A stretch of 64,000 bases of DNA. Origin: Pristiophorus japonicus (Eukaryota). Location of the stretch: positions 6,634,001 through 6,698,000 of the forward strand of contig NC_091982.1 in the NCBI RefSeq assembly GCF_044704955.1. The letters run 5' to 3'. Position 1 is the stretch's first letter. Each line of letters begins with the position of its first letter. A program made the position numbers and the translations under genes. Positions 51,221 to 62,952 of the stretch are shown piece by piece. The notes beneath the pieces are model-generated. The model had not been told where the DNA came from and searched no databases. It was given only the letters and a program-made list of their open reading frames with translations.

Positions 51221-51512
51221 GGAAAAAAGGAGATAAAAACAACAATTGTTGGGAATCTGAAATAAAAACAGAAAATGCTGGAAATGCCCAGAAGATCCAT
51301 CAGCATTTAATAAGGGACAAGAACAATAACCTATCTTCTCTTCCGATGCGGATAGACCTGCTGAGTATTTCTAGCATTTTCTATTTTTATTCCATAATTT
51401 TGAAAGTACTATTATGGATTATAAAAATATACAAAACCATTCATAATTCCTTATTCCACTCTATTCATACAAAAAACACGAGTTATTTTGTTAAGAATGT
51501 TAGTATACTCAC

Positions 51513-51632
51513 TCTTCAAGTGTTACTGTTGTGTCTAGCTGGTGCTTCAACAGGTTTTGTAACTGCCTTTCTCCTTCTGTTTCCAGCTCCTCTGGCTCAA
51601 CGTCCTCATCACAACAAATACGACTGCTAACC
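51513..51632 (-). CDS. RBM41: RBM41 exon 2
   Basis: 120 nt; VSSRICCDEDVEPEELETEGERQLQNLLKHQLDTTVTLE, matching the RBM41 N-terminal ELETEGERQL motif; TTTTAG/GTGAGT. Confidence 0.9.
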
Positions 51633-52524
51633 CTAAAATGGTGATGGACAGAGAGAGGTGGTACTACTCATATTACACCAGGATAAAACACTACAAGGGC
51701 ACAACTAGTGCTGTGTGATCGGACACGAGCTCATAGCCTGCACGGCCCAAGTGATGAGTTCCTCATTTCGGCCATGCATTCAGGAGGGTAAAATTAAAAG
51801 CCACATATATACTTCTGCTGATGAAAGTTAAAAGGTTTAACCGATTTCCTTCATTTATAACACTACAAAAATGTTTTCTGTTTAAAATGTACTCCACTAT
51901 TAAAATGGAGTATCTCATGACCAGCCAAGAGATGATAAGTCGACTCCCACTTCAACTTGTGAGACTGACATTAATCTACTTGTGATTTCTCTGGTCAGCA
52001 GTGCTAGCGGGGATATTCAGATTTTGGGGTTTCAGTTGAAACATTAAGTTCTGACTGGAGTTAATACTATCATAACATGAATAACTTTTTACAGTCTGCT
52101 TCTGGAAGCTGCACAAAACAAGTAGGAAAAATTGTTCTTAAAAAATGGCAGGAACTGTTTCTGGGAAATAAATTAAATAGGCACTATCTTCACAAAGTTC
52201 TTTGATTTTTGTGTTTGGCAAACACAAACTAACATGTGAAAATGGCTCATGGCAGTTTTTTCTCCCCGTGGATAAGCCACCAATCACCATTAACCTACAT
52301 GGCCCTCGAGGAGTGCAACTGAAAGCTCAACTCCCAAATATGATGCCAAAATAGTTCTGTGAGATAAGCATATTTTATTTTTGACCTTCAAACATAAAAA
52401 TGAAAAGAAAAATTAAAGAAAAAAACTTGAAGGTAATTATCAATTAACTTCTTTGGTTTCATTAATAACTGTCTCTGCAAAAACTTTGAAACACTAAAAC
52501 CTATGTGGTATTCTATGAATAAAG

Positions 52525-52945
52525 AAAGACTTGCATTTATATAGCACATTTCACAACCATCAGACATCCCAAAGTGCCTTACAGCCAATGAAGTACTTTT
52601 GATTGTTGTAAAGTAGGAAATGCAGCAGCCGATTTGCACACAGCAAGCTCACACAGACAGCAATGAGATAATGACCAGATAATTTGTTTTTATTATGTTG
52701 ATTGAGGGATAAATATTGACCACGACACTGGGGCTAACCCTGCTCTTCTTTAAAATAGTGCCATGGGATCTATTACGTCCACCTTGAGGGGGCAGACTGG
52801 TCCTCGGTTTAAAGTTTCATCTGAAAGATGGCACCTCTGACAGTGCAGCACTCACTCGGTACTGCACTGGAGTATCAGCCGAGATTTCTCTACTCAACTC
52901 TCTGTAGTGGGACTTCTGACTCAAAGGCAACTGAGCCGCAGCTGA
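52525..52945 (-). mobile_element. Deu-type tRNA SINE copy (degenerate)
   Basis: Reverse-complement similarity to 44503-44950. Confidence 0.75.
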
Positions 52946-53023
52946 CACATAATAAGTATCAACAGTACGTTCCTGTAGTTATCTTCCTCCTTTCCAAGAA
53001 CAATCCTACCATTGGTAGAACAG

Positions 53024-53323
53024 TCAGGGAGACTAGAACTAGGGGGCACAGCCTCAAAATATGGGGGAGCCAATTTAAAACCGAGTTGAGAAGGAATTTC
53101 TTCTCCCAGAGGGTTGTGAATCTGTGGAAATCTCTGCCCAAGGAAGCAGTTGAGGCTGGCTCATTGAATGTATTCAAGTCACAGATAGATAGATTTTTAA
53201 CCAATAAGGGAATTAAGGGTTATGGGGAGCGGGCGGGTAAGTGGAGCTGAGTCCACGGCCAGATTAGCCATGATCTTGTTGAATGGCGGAGCAGGCTCGA
53301 GGGGCTAGATGGCCTACTCCTGT
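53024..53323 (+). mobile_element. CR1 second-subfamily 3' fragment, its tail split by a younger CR1
   Basis: ETRTRGHSLKIWGSQFKTELRRNFF...GKWS; tail CCTGTT|CCTAATTCTTATG resumes at 55163. Confidence 0.88.
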
Positions 53324-55162
53324 TGTATGTAAAGAGAAAAAGGTTAGTAAAGACAAACGTAGGTCCCCTGCAGTCAGAATCAGGGGAAGTCATAACGGGG
53401 AACAAAGAAATGGCAGACCAATTGAACAAGTACTTTGGTTCAGTATTCACTAAGGAGGACACAAACAACCTTCCGGATATAAAAGGGGTCAGAGGGTCTC
53501 GTAAGGAGGAGGAACTGAGGGAAATCTTTATTAGTCGGGAAATTGCGTTGGGGAAATTGATGGGATTGAAGGCCGATAAATCCCCAGGGCCTGATGGACT
53601 GCATCCCAGAGTACTTAAGGAGGTGGCCTTGGAAATAGCGGATGCATTGACAGTCATTTTCCAACATTCCATTGACTCTGGATCAGTTCCTATCGAGTGG
53701 AGGGTAGCCAATGTAACCCCACTTTTAAAAAAAGGAGGGAAAGAGAAAGCAGGGAATTATAGACCGGTCAGCCTGACCTCAGTAGTGGGTAAAATGATGG
53801 AATCAATTATTAAGGATGTCATAGCAGCGCATTTGGAAAATGGTGACATGATAGGTCCAAATCAGCATGGATTTGTGAAAGGGAGATCATGCTTGACAAA
53901 TCTTCTGGAATTTTTTGAGGATGTTTCCAATAAAGTGGACAAAGGAGTACCAGTTGATGTGGTATATTTGGACTTTCAGAAGGCTTTCGACAAGGTCCCA
54001 CACAGGAGATTAATGTGCAAAGTTAAAGCACATGGGATTGGGGGTAGTGTGCTGACGTGGATTGAGAACTGGTTGTCAGACAGGAAGCAAAGAGTAGGAG
54101 TAAATGGGTACTTTTCGGAATGGCAGGCAGTGACTAGTGGGGTACCGCAGGGTTCTGTGCTGGGGCCCCAGCTGTTTACATTGTACATTAATGATTTAGA
54201 CGAGGGGATTAAATGTAGTATCTCCAAATTTGCGGATGACACTAAGTTGGGTGGCAGTGTGAACTGCGAGGAGGATGCTATGAGGCTGCAGAGTGACTTG
54301 GATAGGTTAGGTGAGTGGGCAAATGCGTGGCAGATGAAGTATAATGTGGATAAATGTGAGGTTATCCACTTTGGTGGTAAAAACAGAGAGACAGACTATT
54401 ATCTGAATGGTGACAGATTAGGAAAAGGGAAGGTGCAACAAGACCTGGGTGTCATGGTACATCAGTCATTGAAGGTTGGCATGCAGGTACAGCAGGCGGT
54501 TAAGAAAGCAAATGGCATGTTGGCCTTCATAGCGAGGGGATTTGAGTGCAGGGGCAGGGAGGTGTTGCTACAGTTGTACAGGGTCTTGGTGAGGCCACAC
54601 CTGGAGTATTGTGTACAGTTTTGGTCTCCTAACTTGAGGAAGGACATTCTTGCTATTGAGGGAGTGCAGCGAAGATTCACCAGACTGATTCCCGGGATGG
54701 TGGGACTGACCTATCAAGAAAGACTGGATCAACTGGGCTTGTATTCACTGGAGTTCAGAAGAGTGAGAGGGGACCTCATAGAAACGTTTAAAATTCTGAC
54801 GGGTTTGGACAGGTTGGATGCAGGAAGAATGTTCCCAATGTTGGGGAAGTCCAGAACCAGGGGTCACAGTCTGAGGATAAGGGGTAAGCCATTTAGGACC
54901 GAGATAAGGAGAAACTTCTTCACCCAGAGAGTGGTGTACCTGTGGAATTCTCTACCACAGAAAGTAGTTGAGGCCAATTCACTAAATATATTCAAAAGGG
55001 AGTTAGATGAAGTCCTTACTACTCGGGGGATCAAGGGGTATGGCGTGAAAGCAGGAAGGGGGTACTGAAGTTTCATGTTCAGCCATGAACTCATTGAATG
55101 GCGGTGCAGGCTAGAAGGGCTGAATGGCCTGCTCCTGCACCTATTTTCTATGTTTCTATGTT
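53324..55162 (+). mobile_element. Young CR1 LINE, 5'-truncated, with an uninterrupted 581-codon RT reading frame
   Basis: ORF 53323..55068 without stops (NYRPVSLTS, YLDFQKAFDKV, FADDTKL); TTTCTATG tail; TGTT at both junctions. Confidence 0.95.
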
Positions 55163-56472
55163 CCTAATTCTTATGATGACATCACTAATGTAATTAGAAA
55201 AGCCAGTTTTACTAGATTGATTGGGGAGGATCAATCTAGTAAAGCTGTTTTTTTCTAATTGCATTAGTAATTTGTCCCAATTTGCTACCCTTTTTCTTCT
55301 GAAGCTACTGATTTATACAGGAGTATAGCACGACTGGTAACTAGTCTCCAGCCATTCTCATTTTGTCCTCCCAGAAGCAGACTGTGCAAAAATATTCATG
55401 TTGTAACCTACTTAACCTATATAAGCAAGTTATTAGAACATAGAGAACATTATAGCCAAGTCCAATCCTGTCCTCACCAAATATCCATACAACACACACA
55501 CACTTCCAGCAGGAATCACTGCATCGCGATCAAGAGTGAGAACCCGAGTTGATATTTCCCCTTCCCAGTCCAGGGATACTAAGGCTCAATGAAGCACTCC
55601 CATCACCAGCTCAGCTAAGATCTGTTAACTGCCCAATTAGGGATCAAACATGGGACTTTTATAGTCTCCCTGAAACAAAACATTAGGTGGGCTTGCCCTC
55701 TAAATTAATGGGAAGCTATAGTGATTACACTTTTCTTTAGTTTATCTAGTTTTAAAACAAAGACAATCATGCCCTACTTTGCAGTAGGCCTGGCAAAGTG
55801 TGAAGAAAGCTCAAAGCTGCATGCTCCTGTACACCTATAAATGTACTGCAAAGACAAACAATAGATTCACAACGGTATTCCGGTATCTGTTTCTCCAGGT
55901 TGATGGAGACTGGGAGGAACAAATATTTTAAGATACCCAACCTTTTTTTTTAAGGATTTTCAGCCTTTACAAGGGAATTGCCAAAAAGTCAACTGGAGAC
56001 AATGAACTATTTTGTACAAGACGACTCAGTGAACAATTTTAAAAACAGGAATTAGGAATAGGTGAGACCTAAGCAGATTAAATATACAGATTTAATTACA
56101 TATGTAGAGACACACACATCAGAAATCTTCGGAGGAAACAAAAGGAAAGCAAGCAATGCCTTGGGGCAAGATTTTTTTTTTATATTTAAAAAAAACGTAT
56201 GCCGGCTCAAACTAAGCAGAAAAGGTTTCATTTTAATTTGTGAAAGCATGAAATGCCATTGTGAGCAGGAGTATAAGGTGGTGGACGGGCAAGTCTTTTA
56301 TTGCCCCTCCTTGGCCACCCATAAGCCTCCACACAGGCAGCCATTGCCCTCTCCGGCGTCCGCGCTCCGACTGACTACAGCAGCATTGCTCAAGCCCCGA
56401 GCAGAATTAATAACCTGCTTTGGTCCTGCCGTAAACCCCCCCCCCCCCATTTACCCATTTCCCCTCCGTGAC

Positions 56473-56504
<32 letters not shown>

Positions 56505-56542
56505 CATTAATCCCGGGGCTGTTGTGATTTTTTTTTTTTTAC

Positions 56543-56550
56543 CTGCGCAT
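56543..56550 (-). CDS. RBM41: RBM41 first coding exon (ATG CGC AG)
   Basis: AAGATGCGCAG|GTAAA; phase 2 fits exon 2 to give MRRVSS (cf. MKRVNS in mammals); lies in the CpG-rich promoter. Confidence 0.75.
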
Positions 56551-56589
56551 CTTTCCACTCGGAGCTCCTGCCTCTCAGCAACACAATGA

Positions 56590-56770
56590 CAACCGGCGGT
56601 CCGCGCATGCGCCACCTTGCCGCGAGGCCGCCCTGGGAACTGTAGTTTTCTCCCGCCCCGCCGGCACGTGACCGGCGTTCAGCCGGCTCTGCGCATGCCC
56701 ACGGACAGGAGAGCATCGTGGGATATGTAGTCGGCTGCTCCTGCCCGGTCCGATCCCGATCGTTGGTGAG
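56590..56770. promoter_or_regulatory. Bidirectional RBM41/COX11 promoter
   Basis: NRF1 palindrome GCGCATGCGC 56603-56612 and TGCGCATGCC 56690-56699; two ACTACAnnTCCCA (ZNF143/THAP11) motifs on minus at 56634-56646 and 56719-56731; E-box CACGTG 56665-56670; GC box; candidate plus-strand donor TG|GTGAG at 56766. Confidence 0.75.
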
Positions 56771-57489
56771 CGGCTATAAATATCTTGTCAGTGTGTAACT
56801 GTACACGGACTTCAACTTTAACTTAACTTTTTGTAAATATTAAACAGAGATTTCCCCCCCCCCCCAAAAAAAAAGTGGATGACATGTTTTATTCGGCAGG
56901 ATTAGAATGCAGAGGGAGCCGGGCTGTAACCTGCCGCACTGTCTGCGGGCCCGGGGCCTGGGGCCGGGGCCTCTGTTTACCGCGCTCTCGGTGAGAGGAG
57001 CAGCCGGTGCCACAGTGAGTGGAGGGTCTGCCCCCCCCGGGAGCCAGCCTCAGACACTGGTCCAGCGGGGAGCTGGAGCTGGGGCTGTGGCAGTGTCAGT
57101 GTCAGGTATTGGCCTACCATCACTGGGACCTTAGTGTAACACCGGGCAGCAGAGCTCCCAATCATGTGGGCTATTGGGGGCACTTGATTTAATGTTTATT
57201 TTGTCTTCCCCCCCCCAAAAAAAAGAGTTGTAGAACTGTTGGGGAGCAGTTAAGTGTCTGGAGTGACCCCCAGATTGGGGGGGGGCACTCGATCGAATGT
57301 TTAATTTTGTCTCCCTCAAAAACTGTTACAGTGCATTCACACTGCACGTGTGGCGGTGGTAAATCGGATGGATGGTCAAGCCCTGAAGTTCGGAAGGTGG
57401 CGATGAAATAGTCTCCCGACGTCGGGTCAGACAGGCCCAACTCCAGATTGGATTGCACAACTGCCCATCCCTATAGTTCTAGCAGGAGA

Positions 57490-58370
57490 TGCAACACCCA
57501 AATGCAGATTGGGTGACCGCTTTGAGGAACATAGACGCCACCGTTCAGCCCGTAAGCGTGACCCCCGAGCTTCCGGTCGCCTGTCACTTTAATTCTCCAC
57601 TCCACTCTGATGCCCTCCCTTCCCACTGTCCAGGGCCCCAAATACTCCTTCCAGATGAAATAGCGATTGACTTGTCATTCTTTCAATTTAGTATACTGTA
57701 TTCGTTGCTCACGATGTGGTCTCCTCTACATTGGAGAGACCAAATGCAGAGTAGTTGACCGCTTTGAGGAACACCACCACCGTTCAGTCCGTAAGCGTGA
57801 CCCCGAGCTTTCGGTCGCCTGTCACTTTAATTCTCCACTCCACTCTGATATCTCTGTCCTCAGACTCCTGCACCATTCCAATGTAGCTCAACGCATGCTC
57901 GAGGAAAAGTACCTCATCTTTCGTTTAGGCACTTTACAGCCTTCTGGACGCAACATCGAGTTCAACAATTTCAGACCTTAACCTCTGCCCACATTTTGCT
58001 CTGATGTATTGTTTTCTCTCTCTTTGCTTCCCATGGCAGCTGATAATTATCCTACCACTCACACCCTATCTAAACTAATCTTTTTCTAACTTCTGTTATT
58101 ACCATCTCAAGTCGGTGCATTATCCCTTTTGTCTCTCAAATCTCTTCTGTCTTTCACACACCTTCCCTTTTGTTCTTTCTTCCCCCTCCCCCTTTCAGTG
58201 CTCCTTAAGAATTTATTCATTTCGAACATTCGCCAGTTCTGACGAAGGGTCATTGACTCGAAACGTTAACTCTGCTTCTCTCCACAGATGCTGCCTGACC
58301 CGCTGAGATTTCCAGCATTTTCTGTTTTTATTTCATATTCCAGAATCCGCAATATTTTGCTTTTATTATT
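57490..58370 (+). mobile_element. Penelope-like element 3' end (GIY-YIG endonuclease remnant plus 3' repeat)
   Basis: ORF 57667..57981 NLVYCIRCSRCGLLYIGETK..R..EH...VACHFN...EKYLIFRLGTLQPSGRNIEF; internal direct repeat 57538-57611 / 57778-57850. Confidence 0.85.
58235..58271 (+). ncRNA. Putative minimal type I hammerhead ribozyme in the Penelope 3' repeat
   Basis: AGTT-CTGACGA-A-GGGTC(ATT)GACTC-GAAA-CGTT-AACT: helix I AGTT/AACT, helix II GGGTC/GACTC, palindromic helix III AACGTT. Confidence 0.6.
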
Positions 58371-59009
58371 ATAGTTATAGCAGTGTATTAGCCACTAGCC
58401 GCATGTAATTAATTGGAAATCCAAATGTGGCCAATTACAGCTTTAAGCAATAAATAAAAAATTAATAATAGATGCCATCGTTGGGCATGCGGGCAATTTC
58501 CACGTGTTTCCGCTAGTTATATCAGCGCGTTCAAGGTGGTGATGGCAGAACCAACGCAAAAGATTGGGGCGTTTTAAACATAAGCGAGTTACGACCCAAA
58601 CCATTTACGCTCATGTTTTCCGCGATCTTTTATGCTGGCTCAAGATTCAGTTCGCCCACAAAACTGGCCACACCCCCAGATTGCGCTGGTTAGGCAAAGC
58701 TCTTCAAATTGCGCTCATTTCCCTGTGTGCCTTCTACTGCCTGCGCACCTTTTACGAAGAGTGGTAACCTGGGCAATGTTATTAATACAGCTGAAATTGA
58801 GTTTATCAGCAAAAATAAGCATTTTTAATAAGGGTGTCCAATCCCATCCACATGCCCAATGATGATTTACTAAGAAACTGACTATTATACATCTATTAAA
58901 TGGTTCGGTATCGTTTCACTGATTTTAAATCAGGTTACTCGCAGGTGGAGGATTGGACAGCCTTATTAAAAAATGCTTATTTTTTCTGATAAACCCATTT
59001 TCAGCTGTG

Positions 59010-59375
59010 CAGGTTGAACCACCCTTATCCGTAACTCCCTCGTTCGGGGCCATTCCCGGCCGCCGTGTGGTGCATGCTCATGACGCGGCCGGTGAAAAAT
59101 TTACATGTCAATGAAAAATAAATGTACCCAACTGCAGAGCCGACACCTTTGGGGCCCAACGGCCTGCCGACACCTTGGGGCCCGTTCGACCCGCCTACCT
59201 CCTCCCTCCCACCGACTGCTGCAGCGTCGAAACAGTGCCGGCTTCCCTCCCTCACCCACGCCCCCCCACTGAGAGTGCACACCGTTGAAAACACGTGACC
59301 TCCCCTTATCCGGAACCCATGGGACCCGGCCTGCTCCGAATGAGGTATATTTCCGGATAAGGGCAGGTTACATGT
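59010..59375. mobile_element. Degenerate Tc1/mariner (pogo/Tigger-like) MITE
   Basis: Imperfect TIRs CAGGTTGAACCACCCTTATCCG / CCGGATAAGGGCAGGTTACATG. Confidence 0.45.
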
Positions 59376-59964
59376 GGAAACTAACCTTTGATTTCCATAA
59401 TCATATTTGCATATGTACCCTTTTAAGTTTTTTTTTTACTTCCTTGCTAACTGGCTTTGTGCTAAAGTGGCATGTAACGTGGGTGAAAATGCTGGACTTT
59501 CAGCACCATAGAAACACCAGAAACATTGTCTACGGCTTGACGAAAAATAACTACTCCAGGCCAGAAGATAGCAAGCCCAAACAATAACGAGCAGTTCCAT
59601 TAGGACACATCATGGCAAGCAGCATTCAACAACATTCTGGGTGGAGCAGGAGCAGGTCTGATGTGTCAAGTAGACATTAAGAGGGCAGGAAAATGCAATC
59701 CATACTTGCCTTCAAAATTATTCAGAAATATGGATGAAAAAGTATTGTGGGACCTCCTAGTTAATTTTGGACTCCATCGCAATTTGCAAACATTGTCGAA
59801 TTACTATTGGTTATGACTCACTTGTGCAACGCACTACCCAGAAAAAGGGAAAAAATATAAAATGTTGACATTTATTTCCAGATGTTCCAGGAAGACTACT
59901 GTTTGTTATTTACACCGAAGGAAGAAAAGATTACATATTAGCTCCGGTCTGGCTGACAATTGAC

Positions 59965-60279
59965 ATGCTTCGGGCCTGTTGGGCAAGCATTTCAAAACTC
60001 TGCATGGTGTCTTCCTGTAAAGCCTGTGCAAGGAGGCTACAACAATTTAGTTCACCAAGACTGTATTCAGCATTTACTCGGTTTACTCCTCAGAAACTGA
60101 GCAATCTGACTTCGCAACAGCAGATGCGAAGCGTTAAGGGCCATAATCCTTTCACTCGGAGACAGGAGGAGGAATGGAGGAAGAGGAATAAAACTGTGCT
60201 CACATATATAGCAGCAACAACAATTGGTATGATTGGCATGTCGTATGCTGCTGTACCTCTCTATAGACTTTATTGCCAG
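59965..60279 (+). CDS. COX11: COX11 cytochrome c oxidase copper chaperone, first coding exon
   Basis: Basic mitochondrial presequence-like N-terminus, then NPFTRRQEEEWRKRNKTVLTYIAATTIGMIGMSYAAVPLYRLYCQ; donor CAG|GTCAGT; upstream acceptor TTTCCAG at 59881. Confidence 0.93.
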
Positions 60280-60399
60280 GTCAGTAAAACTTTGTGTTTG
60301 TCCCAGAATGCAACAAATTCGTGGCTAGTTACAAAGTTGACAGAATAATCCAACATTACTAAGTGTAAATAAAATCTGCTTAACTGAGCCAAAAGTAAC

Positions 60400-60828
60400 T
60401 AAAGGTAGAACGTCTCAAATCCGGCTGTCCGAAAATCGTAATTGTCCGAAAACCAGGCATTTTTGAGAGAATCCCATTTGATATTCAGTAACATAAAATA
60501 CGGAATTATTGTCCAAAAACCGACGGGCCAGACGAGTTATCTGCTTTGCCGCTATGTTTTCAGATTTGAGACATTGTACCTGTAGTGGGGGAGGCGGCCA
60601 CGATTGCGGCGGCCCAACCATCGGCGTCTCCAATACGGCGACATCGGGCGGCGAGGGACGAGGAAACCAGTAAATAAACGCGGCAGCGAGGATCGGTTGG
60701 GCGGCGAGGAGCGGAGAATTGGTGGGAATTGGCAAGGAGTGCCAACAGCGAAGTCCGAAATCCGGAAAAATCAGAACACCGGCACAGTCTCGGTCCCGAG
60801 GTTGCCGGATTTAAGACATTGTACCGGT
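60400..60828. mobile_element. Degenerate pogo-like MITE(s)
   Basis: AGGTAGAACGTCTCAAATCCGG inverted against CAGATTTGAGACATTGTACCTGTA (~60561-60584) and CCGGATTTAAGACATTGTACCGGTA (~60806-60828). Confidence 0.45.
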
Positions 60829-60839
60829 ATATGCCAAAG

Positions 60840-61026
60840 CAAAATACTGCAGATGCTGGGAATCTGAAGTAGAAACAGACAATGCTGGAAATACTCAGCA
60901 GATCAGGCAGCATCTGTGGGGAGAGAAACAGAGTTAACGTTCAAGTTGATGACCGGTTCTGATGAAAGGTCATCAACCTGAAACATTAACTCTTTCTCTC
61001 TCCACAGATGCTGCCTGACCTCCTGA
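60840..61026. repeat. Inverted-repeat (hairpin) element derived from the Penelope 3' repeat, with a degenerate hammerhead core
   Basis: AATGCTGGAAATACTCAG...GAGTTAA arm and its reverse complement flank CTGATGAAAGGTCATCAACCTGAAAC; same family as 58235-58365. Confidence 0.7.
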
Positions 61027-61925
61027 GTATTTCCAGCATTTTCTGTAACTAAATGCAAATCACTTGTTTGTTACACTGTAAAATCAGTACGAGGAGATTA
61101 ACTATTTTTAGATTAAAATGTTCCCACTACAAAAGTATCTGATAAAGCAAGTGCCCTCACCAGCACCCCATCCCCATCCCCATCCCCATCCCAACGAAAT
61201 CAAACACAGGATATAATTGAGGAGTCAACCATTCTAGGTCTTCGATCTGACGCTCGTGAGAACCAGCAGAAACAATTCAACAATTGTACTAGAGACCAGT
61301 TAGTGGACGGATGGAGAGTTGAGCGGGGATGGAGAGAGTGTATCTGCATCGACAACTTTAAAACATTTATGTAGAAACTCCATTTTGTACATCTTCATCT
61401 ATAAACAGAAAAAAATGAAAGCCAAGAGGTGAAAAAAGATCTGGGAAAATGAGTGTATTCTTGCATGGCTGTGACAGAAACAGCAAGGTTTCTTCTACCT
61501 ATTCAGATTCCAAAGGCAATATTTCTTTGAGAGACCTGGCCAACGTTCTTCTCTCAATCAATACCAATTGGTCATTCATTTCATCACTATCCATTAGATG
61601 GAATGGTGGCTGGAATTTGCCTAAATAAAGGTCTGTATTTCAGAAATAATTTATTGTGTGATGCACTTTCAGATGTTGTGGTGACACAAGATCCTATATA
61701 AGTGCAAGTATTTTGTTATAACAAAAAAGAAAATGGTCTTTTTCTTGGGAGTTCCATGTCGGCACCAGTGATATGTAAGGTAGTGCAAGCGTGTACACAG
61801 ATACTTTGGCATTGTCAGTTAATGTAAGATTCTGTAGGAACTGCAGTCTGGGGCAGTAACTCAGAAAAAGTGATTTTAATCTGGTGTTATGAAGGAGCTG
61901 CATTACAGTTAGTGCTGATATCATA

Positions 61926-62952
61926 CAGTGACTAATGGGGTGCCGCAGGGCTCAGTGCTAGGACCCCGGCTATTTACAATATACATCAATGATTTAGATG
62001 AAGGAATTGAGTGTAATATCTCCAAGTTTGCAGATGACACTAAGCTGGGTGGCGGTGTGAGCTGTGAGGAGGATGCTAAGAGGCTGCAGGGTGACTTGGA
62101 CAGGTTAGGTGAGTGGGCAAATGCATGGCAGATGCAGTATAATGTGGATAAATATGAGGTTATCCACTTTGATGGCAAAAACATGACGGCAGAATATTAT
62201 CTGAATGGTGGCAGATTAGGAAAAGGGGAGGTGCAACGCGACCTGGGTGTCATGGTACATCAGTCATTGAAAGTTGGCATGCAGGTACAGCAGGCGGTTA
62301 AGAAGCTAAATGGCATGTTGGCCTTCATAGCTAGGGGATTTGAGTTTAGGAGCAGGGAGGTTTTACTGCAGTTGTACAGGACCTTGGTGAAGCCTCACCT
62401 GGAATATTGTGTTCAGTTTTGGTTTCCTAATCTGAGGAAGGACGTTCTTGCTATTGAGGGAGTGCAGCGAAGCTTCACCAGACTGATTCCCGGGATTGCA
62501 GGACTGACATATGAAGAGAGACTGGATCGACTGGGCCTGTATTCACTGGAGTTTAGAAGAATGAGAGGGGATCTCATAGAAACATATAAAATTCTGACGG
62601 AACTGGACAGGTTAGATGCAGGAAGAATGTTCCCGATGTTGGGGAAGTCCAGAACCAGGGGTCACAGTCTTAAGGATAAGGGGTAAGCCATTTAAGACCG
62701 AGATGAGGAGAAACGTCTTCACTCAGAGAGTTGTTAACCTGTGGAATTCTCTACTGCAGAGAGTTGTTGAGGCCAGTTCGTTAGATATATTCAAAAGGGA
62801 GTTAGATATGGCCCTTACGGCTAAAGGGATCAAGGGGGATGGAGAGGAGGCAGGAAAGGGGTTCTGAGGAGAATGATCAGCCAAGATCTTATTGAATGGT
62901 GGTGCAGGCTCGAAGGGCCGAATGGCCTACTCCTGCACCTATTTTCTATGTT
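61926..62952 (+). mobile_element. CR1 LINE 3' fragment in a COX11 intron
   Basis: ORFs 61928..62686 and 62616..62867; TTTCTATG tail. Confidence 0.93.

Larger units (their letters stand above)
33299..56550 (-). other. RBM41: RBM41 gene span (RNA-binding motif protein 41, RNPC3/U11/U12-65K paralogue); 7 coding exons, 1194 nt, 397 aa
   Basis: join(56543-56550,51513-51632,48179-48371,42047-42251,39419-39837,34907-35054,33299-33399); all introns GT-AG, phases consistent, single open frame ending in a C-terminal RRM. Confidence 0.92.

Noticed and set aside
33299-56550. U12-type introns in RBM41 (expected-looking for a minor-spliceosome gene)
   Set aside because: Donors are GTAAAA, GTGAGT, GTAAGG, GTATGT, GTATGA and GTACGT; none is RTATCCTT
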